Origin: Cycas panzhihuaensis
Taxonomy: Eukaryota > Plantae > Cycadophyta
Direction of reading: 5' to 3'
Assembly: GCA_023213395.1 (NCBI GenBank)
Contig: CM041465.1
Location: forward strand, 208,575,741 to 208,639,740
Length of the DNA: 64,000 nt
A model generated the notes under the pieces. The model saw only the letters and a program-made list of their open reading frames with translations, ran no database searches and had not been told where the DNA came from. Numbering within the stretch: the first letter of the stretch is position 1; the number at the start of each line of letters is the position of its first letter. The position numbers and the translations under genes were made by a program. Below are positions 62,431 through 64,000 of the stretch, in pieces.

Positions 62431-63976
62431 TTGGAAAAAATGTCGAGAACACTGCTAATTAGAGAAAATGATGATTTTAGGATTCGCGCAGAATGGCAAA
62501 CCATGAGGAAAGAAGATGAACGAAGGAAGTTGATCATTAAGGCAGGATTGCATAAGTTTATAATGGTGGGGACTTTGCCCAATGTAGATAAATTTTTGCA
62601 AGTAACAATTCCGTTATTGGCCGAATACTCGGAAATGGTACAAGTTTCAGAAGAAATGATAGCGGCGATTCTTGGACTTAGAAGAAGGTGAAGAAATTAA
62701 GAGGGATACTTTGATATCTCGAGAAGAAGCAGCAAGGATAATTGGGGCAGAAAACAAAGATGCCTCTACTTCAGGCATTAGAATAGTAGGCATACAAGCC
62801 CCTGAGAAGCGATTTTTAGCACATTTTATGTTTACTAAAATCGTGCTTACTCAAAAGAATACATTCGTGCCAAGTAACTTAAGAACGATGGTTAATCAAG
62901 TGGCCCACGAGAAAGTCTTAAATTGGGCAAAATTTGTGAAGGAAAGAATAAAATTAAGTTTGCAAGCAGTTTTGGAATCTAACAAAATTGCTTCTTTTTA
63001 TTATGTAACTATTTTACAGGGATTGCTCACGTTTCAGTGTCCAGAAGTTAGTATGCCTAAGGGAAACAGGGAGCAATCACCGTTAGCTTGTTGGACGGAT
63101 GATAGTGAGAAAGACTGGGAAAAAGAGCAAGGCCAAGTCCAGGAGTGGATACAAAAATTGTATCGAATGAATCAGGTGACAGCGGGAGTGCAGCAACACA
63201 TTACCCGAAAAGGGAAGGAAAAAGTAGAATGGGAGAAAGGAGCCAGTTCTTTAGAGGGAGAAGTAGAGAAAGTTCCCAAAACAGAGTCGGTGGAGGAGGA
63301 AGGAAGGGAAGAAAGATTGGAGAAAGTAGCAATAGTAGAGGATGAGGTGCAAAGGCAAAAAATGAGAAGGTTGGCACAAGAAAGAAGAAAGAAAGAAATT
63401 ATAGAGAAATTGAATAATCATCCACTAGAGGTTGAGTTTAATGTAGATAGGGAAATTCTGGAAGAAGGACTGGATCCAATGGAATGTGATGCCTAGGATG
63501 TGACTAATTGGAGGACGACATTGTTGGCAAAGGTAATCGGGCAGCTGGTTACGGAGTTAGAAAGCAGAGCAAAGCTGCCAAAAGAATCCTTGAAAAGGAT
63601 TCATCAAATTACTGAGGAGAAATTGGACTCCTTAAAAAAATTTATAATGGATTGGGTGGACGACATAAATGAGGTAGGGCCACAAGTGGAGGAGTTCAAG
63701 ATAAGGTTTGACAGGTATATTCCAGCAGACATGCAACAAGTTTATCATCGGCTGGGAGCATGGATTATAAAGACGGATGAAGAATCAAAACGGTGTAAAA
63801 ACTTATGGAGGGAACGTAATGGTTATAGAGATCAATTGGAATTGACAGAGAGAGTAAATAGCGAATTAAATCAAGAAATCGAGCAGCTACACTCTGGGGA
63901 AAAGCCGACATTAGCTCTGCTGGATACAATGCAGGATGTTGCCATGTTATGTGAATATTTGAAGCAAGCAATTTGA
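62431..63976 (+). pseudogene. Element D extra 3' ORF (~510 aa; PMD/Transposase_32-like N-part, acidic linker, coiled coil)
   Basis: Three adjoining ORFs (one frameshift ~62680, one stop 63494): IKAGLHKF, EEMIAAILGL.EEGE, TSGIRIVGIQ, LNWAKFVKERIKLSL, FQCPEVSMP. Confidence 0.7.
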
Positions 63977-64000
63977 GATTACCTCCTCAAATAGCAAGAC

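Larger units (their letters stand above)
56379..64000 (+). mobile_element. Element D: Glu-primed Gypsy derivative with gag, PR, INT C-terminus and extra ORF, but no RT/RH/INT core; runs off the window
   Basis: 5' LTR ~56379-56973 (TGTGTGTG...CACATACA); PBS TGGTTCCGTTGCCGG 56977-56991; domain motifs listed in the features below. Confidence 0.85.

Noticed and set aside
62431-63976. Retroviral envelope gene
   Set aside because: No signal peptide or clear transmembrane helix; looks like a soluble PMD-like/coiled-coil protein.

Overview
Gene-free, AT-rich plant heterochromatin-type DNA. From the Gypsy/Copia protein style the host is probably a gymnosperm or fern, but this is inference. The window is almost entirely nested LTR retrotransposons, and no host gene or RNA gene was found. 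Left part: a decayed non-chromovirus Ty3/Gypsy (element A, + strand, 476-26287) is split by Copia-2 (3020-23829, -, TSD ACAAT). Copia-2 itself carries Copia-1 (3044-10681, +, TSD ATGGA), a solo LTR (14773-15296) and a CRM-like chromovirus lacking its RT core (17545-23442, -). Middle: two truncated, convergent copies of the A-type family (B', B), and a full-length copy C (34646-45193, -, TSD GTGAC). Right part: two short non-autonomous LTR elements (E1, E2) and element D (56379->64000, +). The most interesting system is the A/B/C/D lineage. It is primed by tRNA-Glu and has 3-5 zinc knuckles. It has two extra tandem capsid-like (Retrotrans_gag-type) domains inside Pol between protease and RT (seen in both A and C), and an extra 3' ORF resembling plant mobile domain/Transposase_32 proteins. 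Its derivative D lacks RT, RNase H and the integrase core but keeps Gag, PR, the integrase C-terminus and the extra ORF. All assignments were made by eye from motifs, LTR pairs and TSDs; no database searches were run.
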